Assembly: GCA_963845755.1 (NCBI GenBank)
Contig: CAWJTV010000020.1
Span: 352,001-416,000 of the forward strand
Direction of reading: 5' to 3'
DNA length: 64,000 nt
Origin: an uncultured Planctomycetota bacterium
GTDB taxonomy: Bacteria; Planctomycetota; Planctomycetia; Isosphaerales; Isosphaeraceae
Shown piece after piece: positions 1-9,752 of this stretch. The notes under the pieces are model-generated. The model ran no database searches. It was not told the origin of the DNA and was given only the letters and a program-made list of their open reading frames with translations. Made by a program: the position numbers and the translations under genes. Within the stretch, counting starts at the first letter, position 1. The number at the start of each line of letters is the position of its first letter.

Positions 1-2
1 AC

Positions 3-1268
3 TGGCTCTCGGACAAGATTCCCTATCGCCGATACCAGGAATGCGTTCACTGCGGACTTTGCACGGCAAGCTGCCCGACCTACGTGGAGACCTGCAATGA
101 GAACGATAGCCCACGAGGCCGGATCTACTTGATGCGAGCCGTCGCCGACGGCCGACTGGAGATGGGGCCGGGTGTCCGAGAGCACCTCGAGCTCTGCCTC
201 GACTGCCGGGCGTGCGAGACTGCCTGTCCCTCGGGTGTCCAGTACGGACGGATGATCGAGCCGTTCAAGATCGCGCTCCAGAAGTCCGCCTCACCCGGTG
301 AGAAGACCAGCCTGCTCCAAAGATTGATTCTCCACCACGTGTTCCCTTACCCAAGCCGCGTGAGACTGGCGCTGGCGCCGGCGCGGCTCTTGCAACGGAT
401 CGGTGCCCTCGACTGGGCGGAACGCGTCGGATTAACCCGTCTGCTCCCGCCGACCTTGCGCCGCATGCAGGCGATGCTCCCTCAACTCGGCCGTAACCCG
501 GGGCGATTACCTCAAGTCCTGCCACCGATCGGCCCAAAGCGCGCCCGGGTCGCCCTCTTCCTCGGTTGCGTCGCCGACGCCATGTTTCCCGAAACCAACG
601 CGGCAACCGCTCGTGTCCTTCAACAGAATGGATGCGAGGTCGTGATCCCTCCCGGGCAGGTCTGCTGTGGCGCGATCCACTACCACTCGGGCGTTGAGGG
701 GCCGGCCCTGAAGCTGGCTCGTGCGAACATGGCCGCGTTTCCGGTCGACGACCTCGACGCGGTCATTGTCAACGCCGCGGGCTGCGGCGCGATGCTGAAA
801 GACTACGCGCACATCCTGCCCGCCGGCGAACATGAGCCGGCTAAACGATTCACGGCGAAGGTCAAGGACATCTCCGAGTTTCTGATGGCTCTCGGTCCGA
901 TCCCTCCTCGTGGCTCCCTCCCGATGAAAGTCGTGTATCACGACGCCTGCCACCTTTGCCATGCCCAGCAAATCCGCAGCCAGCCGCGTGCTCTGCTGGC
1001 CATGATTCCGGGGCTTCAACTCGTCCCGCTCGAGGAGAGCGAGATCTGTTGCGGTGCGGCCGGGACATACAACCTCACCCAGCCCGAGATGTCGGAGCGG
1101 CTCGGTCGCCGCAAGATGGATCACATCGAGGCCACGGGTGCCGAGATGGTCGTGACGGGGAATGTCGGCTGCATCCTCCAGATTGCCCGCAAGATCAAGG
1201 AGCGCGGCCGTCCCATGCAGATCGCCCACCCGGTCGACCTACTGGATCAGGCGTACAAGGGGTCTTGA
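3..1268 (+). CDS. glcF: GlcF-like Fe-S oxidoreductase subunit (4Fe-4S dicluster + two CCG domains), 5'-truncated by window edge
   Basis: Frame open from window start: CVHCGLCTASCP and CLDCRACETACP ferredoxin motifs; CCG motifs QVCCGA and EICCGAAG; YHDACHLCH. Confidence 0.85.
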   Translation, partial: WLSDKIPYRRYQECVHCGLCTASCPTYVETCNENDSPRGRIYLMRAVADGRLEMGPGVREHLELCLDCRACETACPSGVQYGRMIEPFKIALQKSASPGEKTSLLQRLILHHVFPYPSRVRLALAPARLLQRIGALDWAERVGLTRLLPPTLRRMQAMLPQLGRNPGRLPQVLPPIGPKRARVALFLGCVADAMFPETNAATARVLQQNGCEVVIPPGQVCCGAIHYHSGVEGPALKLARANMAAFPVDDLDAVIVNAAGCGAMLKDYAHILPAGEHEPAKRFTAKVKDISEFLMALGPIPPRGSLPMKVVYHDACHLCHAQQIRSQPRALLAMIPGLQLVPLEESEICCGAAGTYNLTQPEMSERLGRRKMDHIEATGAEMVVTGNVGCILQIARKIKERGRPMQIAHPVDLLDQAYKGS

Positions 1269-1307
1269 GGAGTGAGCGGCGCACTCTCTCGGAGGCGTCC
1301 TGTACTC

Positions 1308-2057
1308 TCAGCCGCGGCCGACCAAGGGCATCTTGGTGGCCATGACGGTGAGAAACAGGACGTTCGCGTCCAGTGGTAGGCTGGCCATATAGAGAACAGC
1401 CCGGGCCACGTGTTCCACGTCCATGGTCGGCTCGACGGCGAACTTCCCGCCCGGTTGGGGTACACCGTCTTTCATCCGGGCGGTCATCTCGGTTCCCGCA
1501 TTTCCGATATCGATCTGACCGCAAGCGATGTCGTACTCCCGGCCATCCAGGGCCGTCGACTTCGTCAGACCGGTGATCGCATGCTTGGTCGCCGTGTAGG
1601 GCGCGGAGTTCGGTCGAGGTGTGTGTGCCGAGATCGAGCCATTGTTGATGATTCGTCCGCCCCGCGGATCCTGGTCCCTCATGATCCGGAACGCCGCCTG
1701 CGTGCAAAGGAACGTGCCGGTCAGGTTCACGTCGACGACGCGACGCCACTGCTCGATCGGGAGGTCTTCGAGGGGAACGTTCGGTGCGCCCATGCCGGCA
1801 TTGTTGAACAGCAGATCCAGGCGGCCGAATGCCGTTTTCGTCGCCTCGAACAGGAGAGATACGGCGTCGGGATCCGTGACGTCCGTCGGCACGACCAGCG
1901 CCCGAGACCCGTCCGGTCCCGCATCGACGACCGTCTGCTCAAGGGCATCACGGCGCCGTCCGGCCAGAGCCACCGAGTATCCGTCCCTCAGCAGGGCGTG
2001 CGCGACTGCTCGGCCGATCCCGGATCCCGAGCCTGTGACGATCGCGATCTTGCTCAT
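1308..2057 (-). CDS. SDR family NAD(P)-dependent oxidoreductase
   Basis: TGSGSGIG Rossmann motif, NNAG, catalytic YTATK; start MSKIAIVTG. Confidence 0.92.
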   Translation of the reverse strand: MSKIAIVTGSGSGIGRAVAHALLRDGYSVALAGRRRDALEQTVVDAGPDGSRALVVPTDVTDPDAVSLLFEATKTAFGRLDLLFNNAGMGAPNVPLEDLPIEQWRRVVDVNLTGTFLCTQAAFRIMRDQDPRGGRIINNGSISAHTPRPNSAPYTATKHAITGLTKSTALDGREYDIACGQIDIGNAGTEMTARMKDGVPQPGGKFAVEPTMDVEHVARAVLYMASLPLDANVLFLTVMATKMPLVGRG

Positions 2058-2291
2058 CGGTCGGCTGTCTTTTGTGGGCCGCGGGCAATTGACGAAAGAA
2101 CGATGATAGTCGGGCCACGTCGCGAACTTCAAGGCATTAGACCAACCGCTCGACACCGGTTTTCTCGATGATGAGATGCCACCGCCGTCCCGAATGGTCT
2201 ATAATCTCGAACGAGCGATTGTGCGCGCCAGTCCGTTTCACGGAATCCGTTTTTCGGGTGAAGATGGGCGTTTGCGCCAGGGAGACTTGCG

Positions 2292-3607
2292 TTGCCGACC
2301 ATTCAGATTACGGGCGGGCGGCTGATCGATCCCAGTCAAGGGCTCGATGAGATTGGCGACCTCTGGATTAGCCGCGGACGTATCCTGCCGATAGGTGGAG
2401 GCTACGAGGAGGCCGAGATGGTCATCGAAGCCCGGGACATGATCGTCTGTCCGGGCTTGATCGACATCCACGTTCACCTCCGAGAGCCCGGTAACGAGGA
2501 GGATGAAACCATCGCGACGGGAGCCAGTGCTGCGCTGGCGGGCGGTGTGACCTCCGTGGCGTGCATGCCGAACACGCAACCGGCGATCGATACCCAGGCG
2601 GCGGCGGAATTCGTCGTGCTCCAGGCGCAGCGGGCCCGGCAGGCGAATGTGTTCCCTGTCGGGGCCGTGAGCAAGGGTCGGCGTGGAGACGAGCTGGCCG
2701 AGCTTGGCCAACTGGTCGCCGGTGGCGCGGTCGCTTTCACCGACGACGGAGCACCCGTCGCCTCCGCCGACCTCATGCGCCGGGCCCTCGAGTACTCCAA
2801 GATGTTCGACCGGGTGATCATGCAGCATTGCCAGGTCCCTGAGCTGACGGTCGGTGGCGTCATGCATGAGGGGTTTGAGTCAATGCGATTGGGACTCTCC
2901 GGCATGCCGGCGGCTGCCGAGGACATCATGGTCGCCCGCGATATCCGCCTTGCCGAGATCACCGGCGGACGGCTTCACATCCAGCATATCTCCACGGCGC
3001 GGTCGGTCGAGCTGGTCCGCGAGGGAAAGAGGAGGGGCGTCCGGGTCACCGCCGAAGCCTGCCCGCACCATTTCACGCTCACGGACGAGATGCTCCGGAC
3101 GTTCGACTCCAACTACAAGATGAATCCGCCGCTTCGGACCTGGAGCGATGTCGAGGCCGTCATCGGGGGATTGAAGGACAACACGATCGAGTTCCTCGCC
3201 ACCGATCATGCACCCCACGCCCGCGAGAAGAAGATGCGGGAGATCGACCAGGCGCCCTTCGGAATCGTCGGACTGGAGACGTTGGTCCCGATTATCGCGC
3301 TGAGCCTCATCGAGCCCGGACATTTGACCTGGCCCGAAGTTCTGGCCAAGCTCACCATCAACCCTTCCAACCTCCTGGGACTCACCGACAAGGGCACTCT
3401 CCGGGCCGGCGCGGACGCGGATATTACCATCATCGATCCCGAGACGCGCTGGACGATCGATCCGTCACAGTTTCGCTCCAAGAGCCGGAATACCCCCTTC
3501 GGAGGTTGGGACGTCCGGGCCCGCGCCACACGGTGATCGTCGGCGGTGAGGTCCGATTCACGCGGGGCGGCATCGTGCATCAGCCCGGGGAGGCCTTGAC
3601 GGTCTGA
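2292..3607 (+). CDS. pyrC: Dihydroorotase (type I); frameshift near 3530 hides C-terminus TVIVGGEVRF...
   Basis: DIHVHLREPG, ACMPNT, KMNPPLR, ATDHAPH, SKSRNTPF motifs; natural C-terminus continues in another frame to TGA 3605-3607. Confidence 0.9.
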
Positions 3608-3727
3608 ACGAACGCAACACCTCGATGGACCCGGAGCAGCCACGAACACGACCTTGAATCTCCGGGGTGCCCATCTAGAGTTACTGAAGGGAGGTGCGGT
3701 GTCGAAACCGGTACGGAATGGCCGACA

Positions 3728-4348
3728 ATGCACTGGGTCATCGACGGTTATAACGTCATGCACGCGGGTGGGCGCCTGGGAGCCAAACTCGGGCGCGAAG
3801 GGTTCCGTCGCGCCCGGCGGCGATTTCTCGGTGACCTCACGGACGCCCTTGGCCCCGACCGTGCCGGCCGAACCACCGTCGTCTTCGATGCCCGCGTCCC
3901 GCCCGGGGATTTCTCGCTCCACGCTACCTATCGCGGCCTCCACCTGCTCTTCGCGCTCGGGGATGAAGACGCCGATTCCCGCATCGAGTCGATCATCGAA
4001 CACGATGCGAACCCGCGGAACCTGACCGTGGTCTCGTCGGACCGGAGGATTCGCCAGGCCGCCTCACGCAGGCGGGCCAAGTCGCTCACGGCCGAAGACT
4101 TCTGGGTCTGGCTCGACCACCTGCGAGAGCAAGCCGCCATCGCCAATGAGAATCTCGAACGCCGGTCCGCCCGGCCGCCTACACACGATCGATCCGACCG
4201 ATCGCCCGTCGATGACTCGGAATTCTGGCTCGAAGTCTTTGGCGACCTGGACACACCCGAGAACCGCGAAGCCATCGCCCCCAATGCCGCCCTCCTCACC
4301 GATGCCGAAATCGCCGAGATCCAGCGGCAGGTCGATCGGGAACCCTGA
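3728..4348 (+). CDS. YacP-like NYN-domain protein (putative RNase)
   Basis: IDGYNV, VVFDA, EDADSRIE, VVSSDRRI acidic NYN/PIN-like motifs. Confidence 0.8.
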   Translation: MHWVIDGYNVMHAGGRLGAKLGREGFRRARRRFLGDLTDALGPDRAGRTTVVFDARVPPGDFSLHATYRGLHLLFALGDEDADSRIESIIEHDANPRNLTVVSSDRRIRQAASRRRAKSLTAEDFWVWLDHLREQAAIANENLERRSARPPTHDRSDRSPVDDSEFWLEVFGDLDTPENREAIAPNAALLTDAEIAEIQRQVDREP

Positions 4349-4354
4349 CTTCTC

Positions 4355-4446
4355 AAGGATGAAGGATGAAGGATGAAGGATGAGTAGAGATTCAGCCCCA
4401 TCGTGAATACAGAATCTCGAATCTGAAATCCGGAATTTGGAATTCC
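4355..4446. repeat. Two adjacent heptamer tandem arrays: (AAGGATG)x4 at 4355-4382 and degenerate (GAATYYS)x6 at 4405-4446
   Basis: Read directly: aaggatg x4; gaataca gaatctc gaatctg aaatccg gaatttg gaattcc. Confidence 0.85.
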
Positions 4447-4539
4447 TCGCCGTCCGTGGTAAAACCGAATTCGTTCTACACTCCGGCGCCGCCATCGGTG
4501 TGGCGTCCAACACTGGTCGAGATCCAGGGCCCTGCCATC

Positions 4540-5790
4540 ATGAAGGTGCACGAATACCAAGCGAAAGAGCTACTCAAGAGCGCCGGCGTCGCGGTTCCCG
4601 AGGGCATCGTGGTGACCCGCCCGGAGGATGCCGCCAAGGCGTACGACACCCTGGGCGGCGGCCTCATCGTCGTCAAGGCCCAGGTTCACGCCGGTGGCCG
4701 CGGCAAGGGGGTGGCGATCGGTCCCGCGGACGACCGCGCTCAGGCTCTGGAGATCGCCAGCGGTCGCCGACCGCGACCCGAATCGATGGCCAAGGGCGTT
4801 CAGCTCGTCAAGTCGGCCCAGGACGCCCAGAAGGCCGCCGCCAGCCTGCTCGGCAAGACGCTGGTGACCTATCAGACCGGTCCGCAAGGTCAAGCGATCT
4901 CCAAGGTTCTGGTCACGGTGGGACACGACATCGCCCGCGAGCTCTACCTGGGCATGGCCGTGGACCGCGGCGCCCAGTGTCCCGTCCTGATGGCCTCGAC
5001 CGAAGGGGGAGTCGAGATCGAGACCGTTGCGCTCAAGACGCCGGAAAAGATCCATCGCGAGCCCATCGACGTGGGAATCGGCCTGGCGGATTTCCAGGCT
5101 CGGAAAGTCGCGAGGGCACTGGGATTGACCGGAGACTCGGCCAGGAAGGGCGCGACGTTCTTCAAGAACTTCGTGCGACTCTTCCTCGACACGGATGCCT
5201 CCCTCGCCGAGATCAACCCATTGATCGTCACGGCCGGTGGCGACGTCCTGGCGCTGGATTGCAAGTTGAATTTCGACGATAACGCCATGTTCCGCCATCC
5301 CCAGATCGCGGCGATGCTCGACGAAGCCGAGGAAGACCCGGCCGAGCTGCGCCACGGGCGGATCGGATTGAGCTTCGTCAGCCTCGACGGCGACATCGCC
5401 TGCCTGGTCAACGGCGCCGGGCTGGCGATGAGCACGATGGACCTGATCAAGTATCACGGCGGTGAGCCGGCGAACTTCCTCGACGTCGGCGGCGGTGCCA
5501 ACAAGGATCAGGTGCTCGAAGGGTTCCGCATTCTCCTGAGCGAGCCGCGCGTCAAGGCGGTGCTGGTCAACATTTTCGGCGGAATCATGAAATGCGACAC
5601 GATCGCCACGGCCCTGCTTGCGGCCTACGACGAGCTGGATTTCCGCGTCCCTCTGGTCGTCCGTCTCGAAGGAACGAACGTCGACAAGGGGAAGGCCCTC
5701 CTGAAGGAGAGCGGTCGCAAGATCATCACCGCCGACGGGCTGACGGACGCCGCGCAGAAGGTCGTCGCGGCGGCCAAGGGGGCGGCGTGA
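4540..5790 (+). CDS. sucC: Succinyl-CoA ligase beta subunit
   Basis: [59 protein letters not shown]. Confidence 0.97.
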   Translation: MKVHEYQAKELLKSAGVAVPEGIVVTRPEDAAKAYDTLGGGLIVVKAQVHAGGRGKGVAIGPADDRAQALEIASGRRPRPESMAKGVQLVKSAQDAQKAAASLLGKTLVTYQTGPQGQAISKVLVTVGHDIARELYLGMAVDRGAQCPVLMASTEGGVEIETVALKTPEKIHREPIDVGIGLADFQARKVARALGLTGDSARKGATFFKNFVRLFLDTDASLAEINPLIVTAGGDVLALDCKLNFDDNAMFRHPQIAAMLDEAEEDPAELRHGRIGLSFVSLDGDIACLVNGAGLAMSTMDLIKYHGGEPANFLDVGGGANKDQVLEGFRILLSEPRVKAVLVNIFGGIMKCDTIATALLAAYDELDFRVPLVVRLEGTNVDKGKALLKESGRKIITADGLTDAAQKVVAAAKGAA

Positions 5791-5826
5791 GACGTCGAAG
5801 ACAACTCCACCTGAAGTGAGGCAACC

Positions 5827-6261
5827 ATGGAATCCGAAACGATGGGAAGAGTCACGGTTACGGCGAAGGTCGAGAACATGGGGGAGTTGCTTCTGGTTCA
5901 TAAGGGCCAGCTTACCGACGACGAAGTGCATCGAATTGAGGTGAGCGAAGCCTTGGTCGATACTGGGGCGACGAGCCTCTCGATGCCCAAGTCGCTCATT
6001 GATCGTTTGGAACTCGTTCCTCTCCGATCTCGGACCGCCCGGACCAGCGCAGGGCTCGCGACCTTCAACGTCTACGGCGCCGTCCGCCTGACCGTCCAGG
6101 GGAGGGATTGTACCATCGATGTCACCGAGGTTCCCGAGGAATGCCCGGTGTTGATCGGCCAGGTTCCCCTGGAACTGCTCGATTTCGTCGTCGATCCGGC
6201 CAATCAGCGCCTGATCGGTAACCCGGCTCATGGTGGTGAGCAGATGTTCGAGATGTACTGA
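5827..6261 (+). CDS. Clan AA (retropepsin-like) aspartyl protease
   Basis: ALVDTGAT catalytic motif and VLIGQVPLELLDFVVDP C-terminal motif. Confidence 0.85.
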   Translation: MESETMGRVTVTAKVENMGELLLVHKGQLTDDEVHRIEVSEALVDTGATSLSMPKSLIDRLELVPLRSRTARTSAGLATFNVYGAVRLTVQGRDCTIDVTEVPEECPVLIGQVPLELLDFVVDPANQRLIGNPAHGGEQMFEMY

Positions 6262-6546
6262 ATGGGCGTCATTGGATGGGAACTTTCGAGAGAAGATCCT
6301 GAAGGCGCGCCGGATAAGTGGGTGAGATTCAGACCGGCCAACGCTGATCCGCGAGAACCACTTGGGCGGCGGATTCGCGAGGTATCGGGATAAGTCTGTC
6401 CGTCTGTCCGATCTTTCGAAAACTGGTCAGGGTTACTCGTGACGAGAGTTGATCGTGGTGCGGGCGTCTCGTCCGTACGATATGAAGGTATCGCCAGGCC
6501 GCCGTGGCTCGAAACCATCTGCGGCCTCATTCAGTTGGGGAGTTCG

Positions 6547-7428
6547 ATGAGCATCCTGGTCGACAAGAACACACGGTTGATCTGTCAGGGCATCACGGGC
6601 AAGGCGGGGGCCTTCCACTCCGAGCAGTGCCAGTCATACGGCACGAGTCTGGTGGGAGGGATTACGCCCGGTCGAGGGGGCACGACCACGCTGGGGGTGC
6701 CAATCTTCGATACGTGCGCCGAGGCGGTCGAGGCGACGGGCGCCAATGCCACCATGATTTTTGTACCGCCCCCGTTCGCGGCCGATGCCATCATGGAAGC
6801 CGCCGACGCGGGCATCGCCCTGGTCGTGGCGATCACCGAGGGCATCCCCGTGATCGATATGGCGCACGCCGTGGCTTACCTCAAGGCACATCGGCCATCG
6901 GTTCGACTGATCGGTCCCAACTGTCCGGGCATCATCACGCCCGGGCAGTGCAAGATTGGCATCATGCCCGGTTATATCCACAAACCCGGCCGGATCGGAG
7001 TCATCAGCCGATCGGGGACCCTGACCTACGAGGCGGTCTGGCAGCTCACGAACCTCGAGATCGGCCAGAGCACCTGCATCGGCATCGGCGGAGATCCGGT
7101 GAATGGTACGAGCTTCGTCGATGCCCTGAGGCTCTTCGAAGCCGATCCGGAGACGGACGGTGTGTTAATGATGGGCGAGATCGGCGGGAATGCCGAGGAA
7201 CAGGCCGCGGCGTTCAAGGCGGCCGGGAAGTTTACCAAGCCACTGGCCGCGTTCATCGCCGGTCAGACGGCTCCGCCCGGCAAGCGGATGGGACATGCCG
7301 GCGCCATCATCTCCGGCGGCTCGGGGAAAGCCTCCGACAAGATTCACGCGCTGGAGGCTGCGGGCATTCGCGTCGCCAAGACCCCGGCCGAGATGGGGAC
7401 CACCTTGAAGGCTGCCCTCAAGGGCTGA
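6547..7428 (+). CDS. sucD: Succinyl-CoA ligase alpha subunit
   Basis: [40 protein letters not shown] phospho-His motif. Confidence 0.97.
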   Translation: MSILVDKNTRLICQGITGKAGAFHSEQCQSYGTSLVGGITPGRGGTTTLGVPIFDTCAEAVEATGANATMIFVPPPFAADAIMEAADAGIALVVAITEGIPVIDMAHAVAYLKAHRPSVRLIGPNCPGIITPGQCKIGIMPGYIHKPGRIGVISRSGTLTYEAVWQLTNLEIGQSTCIGIGGDPVNGTSFVDALRLFEADPETDGVLMMGEIGGNAEEQAAAFKAAGKFTKPLAAFIAGQTAPPGKRMGHAGAIISGGSGKASDKIHALEAAGIRVAKTPAEMGTTLKAALKG

Positions 7429-7434
7429 TCCACC

Positions 7435-8004
7435 GTGGCGCAAACCGATCCCGATCGAGCCAATCCCTGGACGACACTAAGTAGCCGGTCGGTCTACGAG
7501 AACCCGTGGATCCATGTCCGCGAGGACCATGTGCTCCGGCCGGATGGGCTCCCTGGCATTTACGGCGTCGTCCATTTCAAGAACCGCGCCGTGGGGGTCC
7601 TGCCGGTCAACGATCAGGGCCGAATCTGGCTGGTCGGACAGCATCGCTATCCGCTCGAGGCGTACTCGTGGGAGATCCCAGAGGGCGGCTGTCCTCCGTC
7701 GGAGAGCCCCGAACAGACGGCCGTGCGCGAGCTTCGTGAGGAGACCGGTCTGAGCGCCGGCCGCATCGAGCTGGTGGCGACGTCTCATCTGTCCAATTCG
7801 GTGAGCGACGAGATCGGCTATGTCTTCCGCGCGACCGAGCTGACCCACGGCCCCGACGAGCCGGAAGGTTGCGAACGCATCGAGGTGAAACAATTCGACT
7901 GGGGAGAGGCTTGGGAGATGCTCCGGCGCGGCGAAATCACCGATTCCCTCAGCGTCATCGCCCTGTTGCACGAAGCCGTGCGGCGCCTCGAGGAGGCGAG
8001 ATGA
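7435..8004 (+). CDS. NUDIX hydrolase (ADP-ribose pyrophosphatase-like)
   Basis: Nudix box EGG...ESPEQTAVRELREETG. Confidence 0.9.
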   Translation: MAQTDPDRANPWTTLSSRSVYENPWIHVREDHVLRPDGLPGIYGVVHFKNRAVGVLPVNDQGRIWLVGQHRYPLEAYSWEIPEGGCPPSESPEQTAVRELREETGLSAGRIELVATSHLSNSVSDEIGYVFRATELTHGPDEPEGCERIEVKQFDWGEAWEMLRRGEITDSLSVIALLHEAVRRLEEAR

Positions 8005-8022
8005 ATGAGAAGCGAGCTTCAC

Positions 8023-8081
8023 GTACATCAGGCTTTCCAGCCTGACAGCCCAGACGCGTCAGGCTGGAAAGCCTGACCTAC
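8023..8081. repeat. REP-like doublet (two inverted palindromic units) between convergent genes
   Basis: tcaggctttccagcctgac (8028-8046) and its reverse complement gtcaggctggaaagcctga (8058-8076), ending in cctac (GTAG on minus strand). Confidence 0.8.
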
Positions 8082-8105
8082 TCTCTTCCTGGCGTCATGG
8101 GCGAC

Positions 8106-9239
8106 TCAGTAGGTCGTCGTCGGGCTGGGAATTCGAGCGGGGTCCCAGGTCGTGCGAACCGTGCCGGACTGCGCGGATTCCGAACTCGTCGCGAGGATCG
8201 ACCGCGTGGGGAAGAACTTGCCGGGGCAGACGGTCGGGGTCGCGGCCAGGTGAGAATGGGTCGAGATGTGAGCCGGCTGGACGCGGTAGTGCTGGCTGAG
8301 GTAATCGACCAGCGCGTGAGTGGCCGCGATCTGCCGGGGCGTCGGGGGCTGCTTGTCCAGGTCGCCGATCAGACAGATGCCGATCCCGTACTCGTCAACG
8401 TCGTGAGTGCGGGCGTTCCGGCAATGGACTCCTTGCTTCTGGTTGTTCCAGCGCTGGGCGACTTCGATCTGTCCGTCGCCGCTGCCGTTCCCGTTGCCGA
8501 TGACGAAGTGGTAACCGCAACCGTCATAACCCAGGATCTTGCGATGCTCCTGATCGATCTGATCGTAATTGCCGCTGGCCGACGCGCTGTGATGCAGTAC
8601 GATGTAGCGCCACGGGCGGTCGGCCTTGTTGGGGTAGAACAATTCGCTGGCACTGGATCCCGCAACGAAGGGTTGCAGCCGCTCGCCCAGCGCGGTGCGG
8701 CGGTTGGTCGCAGACGCCGCCGCATTGATCCGCTGTGCTGTCGGGCCGTCTGGCTGCCAGCTCGCTGACGTCGGACTGGCGTTCGGAGGTTGCAGGGGTG
8801 GCCCGACTTTCGAGGTACCCGAGCCCGAGGAGGGTGTCGTGCTCTTGCGCGGCTGGTTCGTCGAGGAGGGAATCTCGTCATAATCCGGCTCGGTCCCGAT
8901 CTTCGCACTCGGCGGTGGCTCGACGACCGAGCGGACGCCGCTCGAGCTCCCCTGGATGGAGGAGCTCGGCGTGACGTTGGAGTTCACAGTCGGATCGCTC
9001 AACGTAGGCACCGAGGTTGTCGGTGCGCTGACGGCTTCGTCGGTGACGACAGCCGGCGTCGAACTACCGCCACAATTGGTACAAGGCGCCACGGCCCGGG
9101 TCGGTCTGGCGAAAATCGGGCGGTAGGAGGTGCGGCTATGGCTGCAACCGGCCGTCATCGCCATGGCGAGCGGCAGCACGAGAACCGCGAAGAAACGTGT
9201 CAGCCGCGGGATTCTCGCGGCGATCTGAGGAAGGGTCAT
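8106..9239 (-). CDS. Lipoprotein N-acetylmuramoyl-L-alanine amidase (Amidase_2/PGRP type) with long S/T/P-rich linker
   Basis: WRYIVLHHSA, GYHFVIGNG, IGICLIG, TVCPGK motifs; signal with lipobox-like MTAGC. Confidence 0.85.
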   Translation of the reverse strand: MTLPQIAARIPRLTRFFAVLVLPLAMAMTAGCSHSRTSYRPIFARPTRAVAPCTNCGGSSTPAVVTDEAVSAPTTSVPTLSDPTVNSNVTPSSSIQGSSSGVRSVVEPPPSAKIGTEPDYDEIPSSTNQPRKSTTPSSGSGTSKVGPPLQPPNASPTSASWQPDGPTAQRINAAASATNRRTALGERLQPFVAGSSASELFYPNKADRPWRYIVLHHSASASGNYDQIDQEHRKILGYDGCGYHFVIGNGNGSGDGQIEVAQRWNNQKQGVHCRNARTHDVDEYGIGICLIGDLDKQPPTPRQIAATHALVDYLSQHYRVQPAHISTHSHLAATPTVCPGKFFPTRSILATSSESAQSGTVRTTWDPARIPSPTTTY

Positions 9240-9651
9240 TGGGGATCTCCTTGCCAGGTTGAAGGCTCGCCCGGCGATACAGGCCGGGACTCGATACAGG
9301 TCCAATCGCAAGCGCGGTGCCGAACGAGTCTTCGATGGGTTCCAGGTGAATTACTCGTCACCCTGGCTTTCGACTCAAGTCTACACGCCGTTTGGCCGAC
9401 AAGCGGGTCACTGAAGTTTTTTTTCATTTTTTCTCAAGTCAACGGCGATGAAATCCGCAAGGTCCCGTGTAAGAAACTCCGTCCTCTTGCAACAACGACA
9501 TCGCCATTGCCTCCCTTGCAACCGGATGGATCGTCCCCATCGTCAAGGTCGCGGATTCCGTGGGTCGAGAGCGATGCCTGGTGACGATCGTGCGTATGGC
9601 AGGGCTTGACGCGAATTGTTATGCTTGAGGGGACATCGAGAGCGAATGCGC

Positions 9652-9681
9652 GGCCCCCCGAACTCGCGGCGGGCCTTTTTT
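9652..9681 (+). terminator. GC hairpin + T6 tract about 70 nt upstream of leuS
   Basis: GGCCCcCCG-aactcg-CGGcGGGCC followed by TTTTTT. Confidence 0.45.
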
Positions 9682-9752
9682 GTCAAGAGAGGGGGCGCGG
9701 ACGCGTGATCGATCCGCGATCGATCGGTTCCGGCCGCCGGAGAGCCTGAGTC

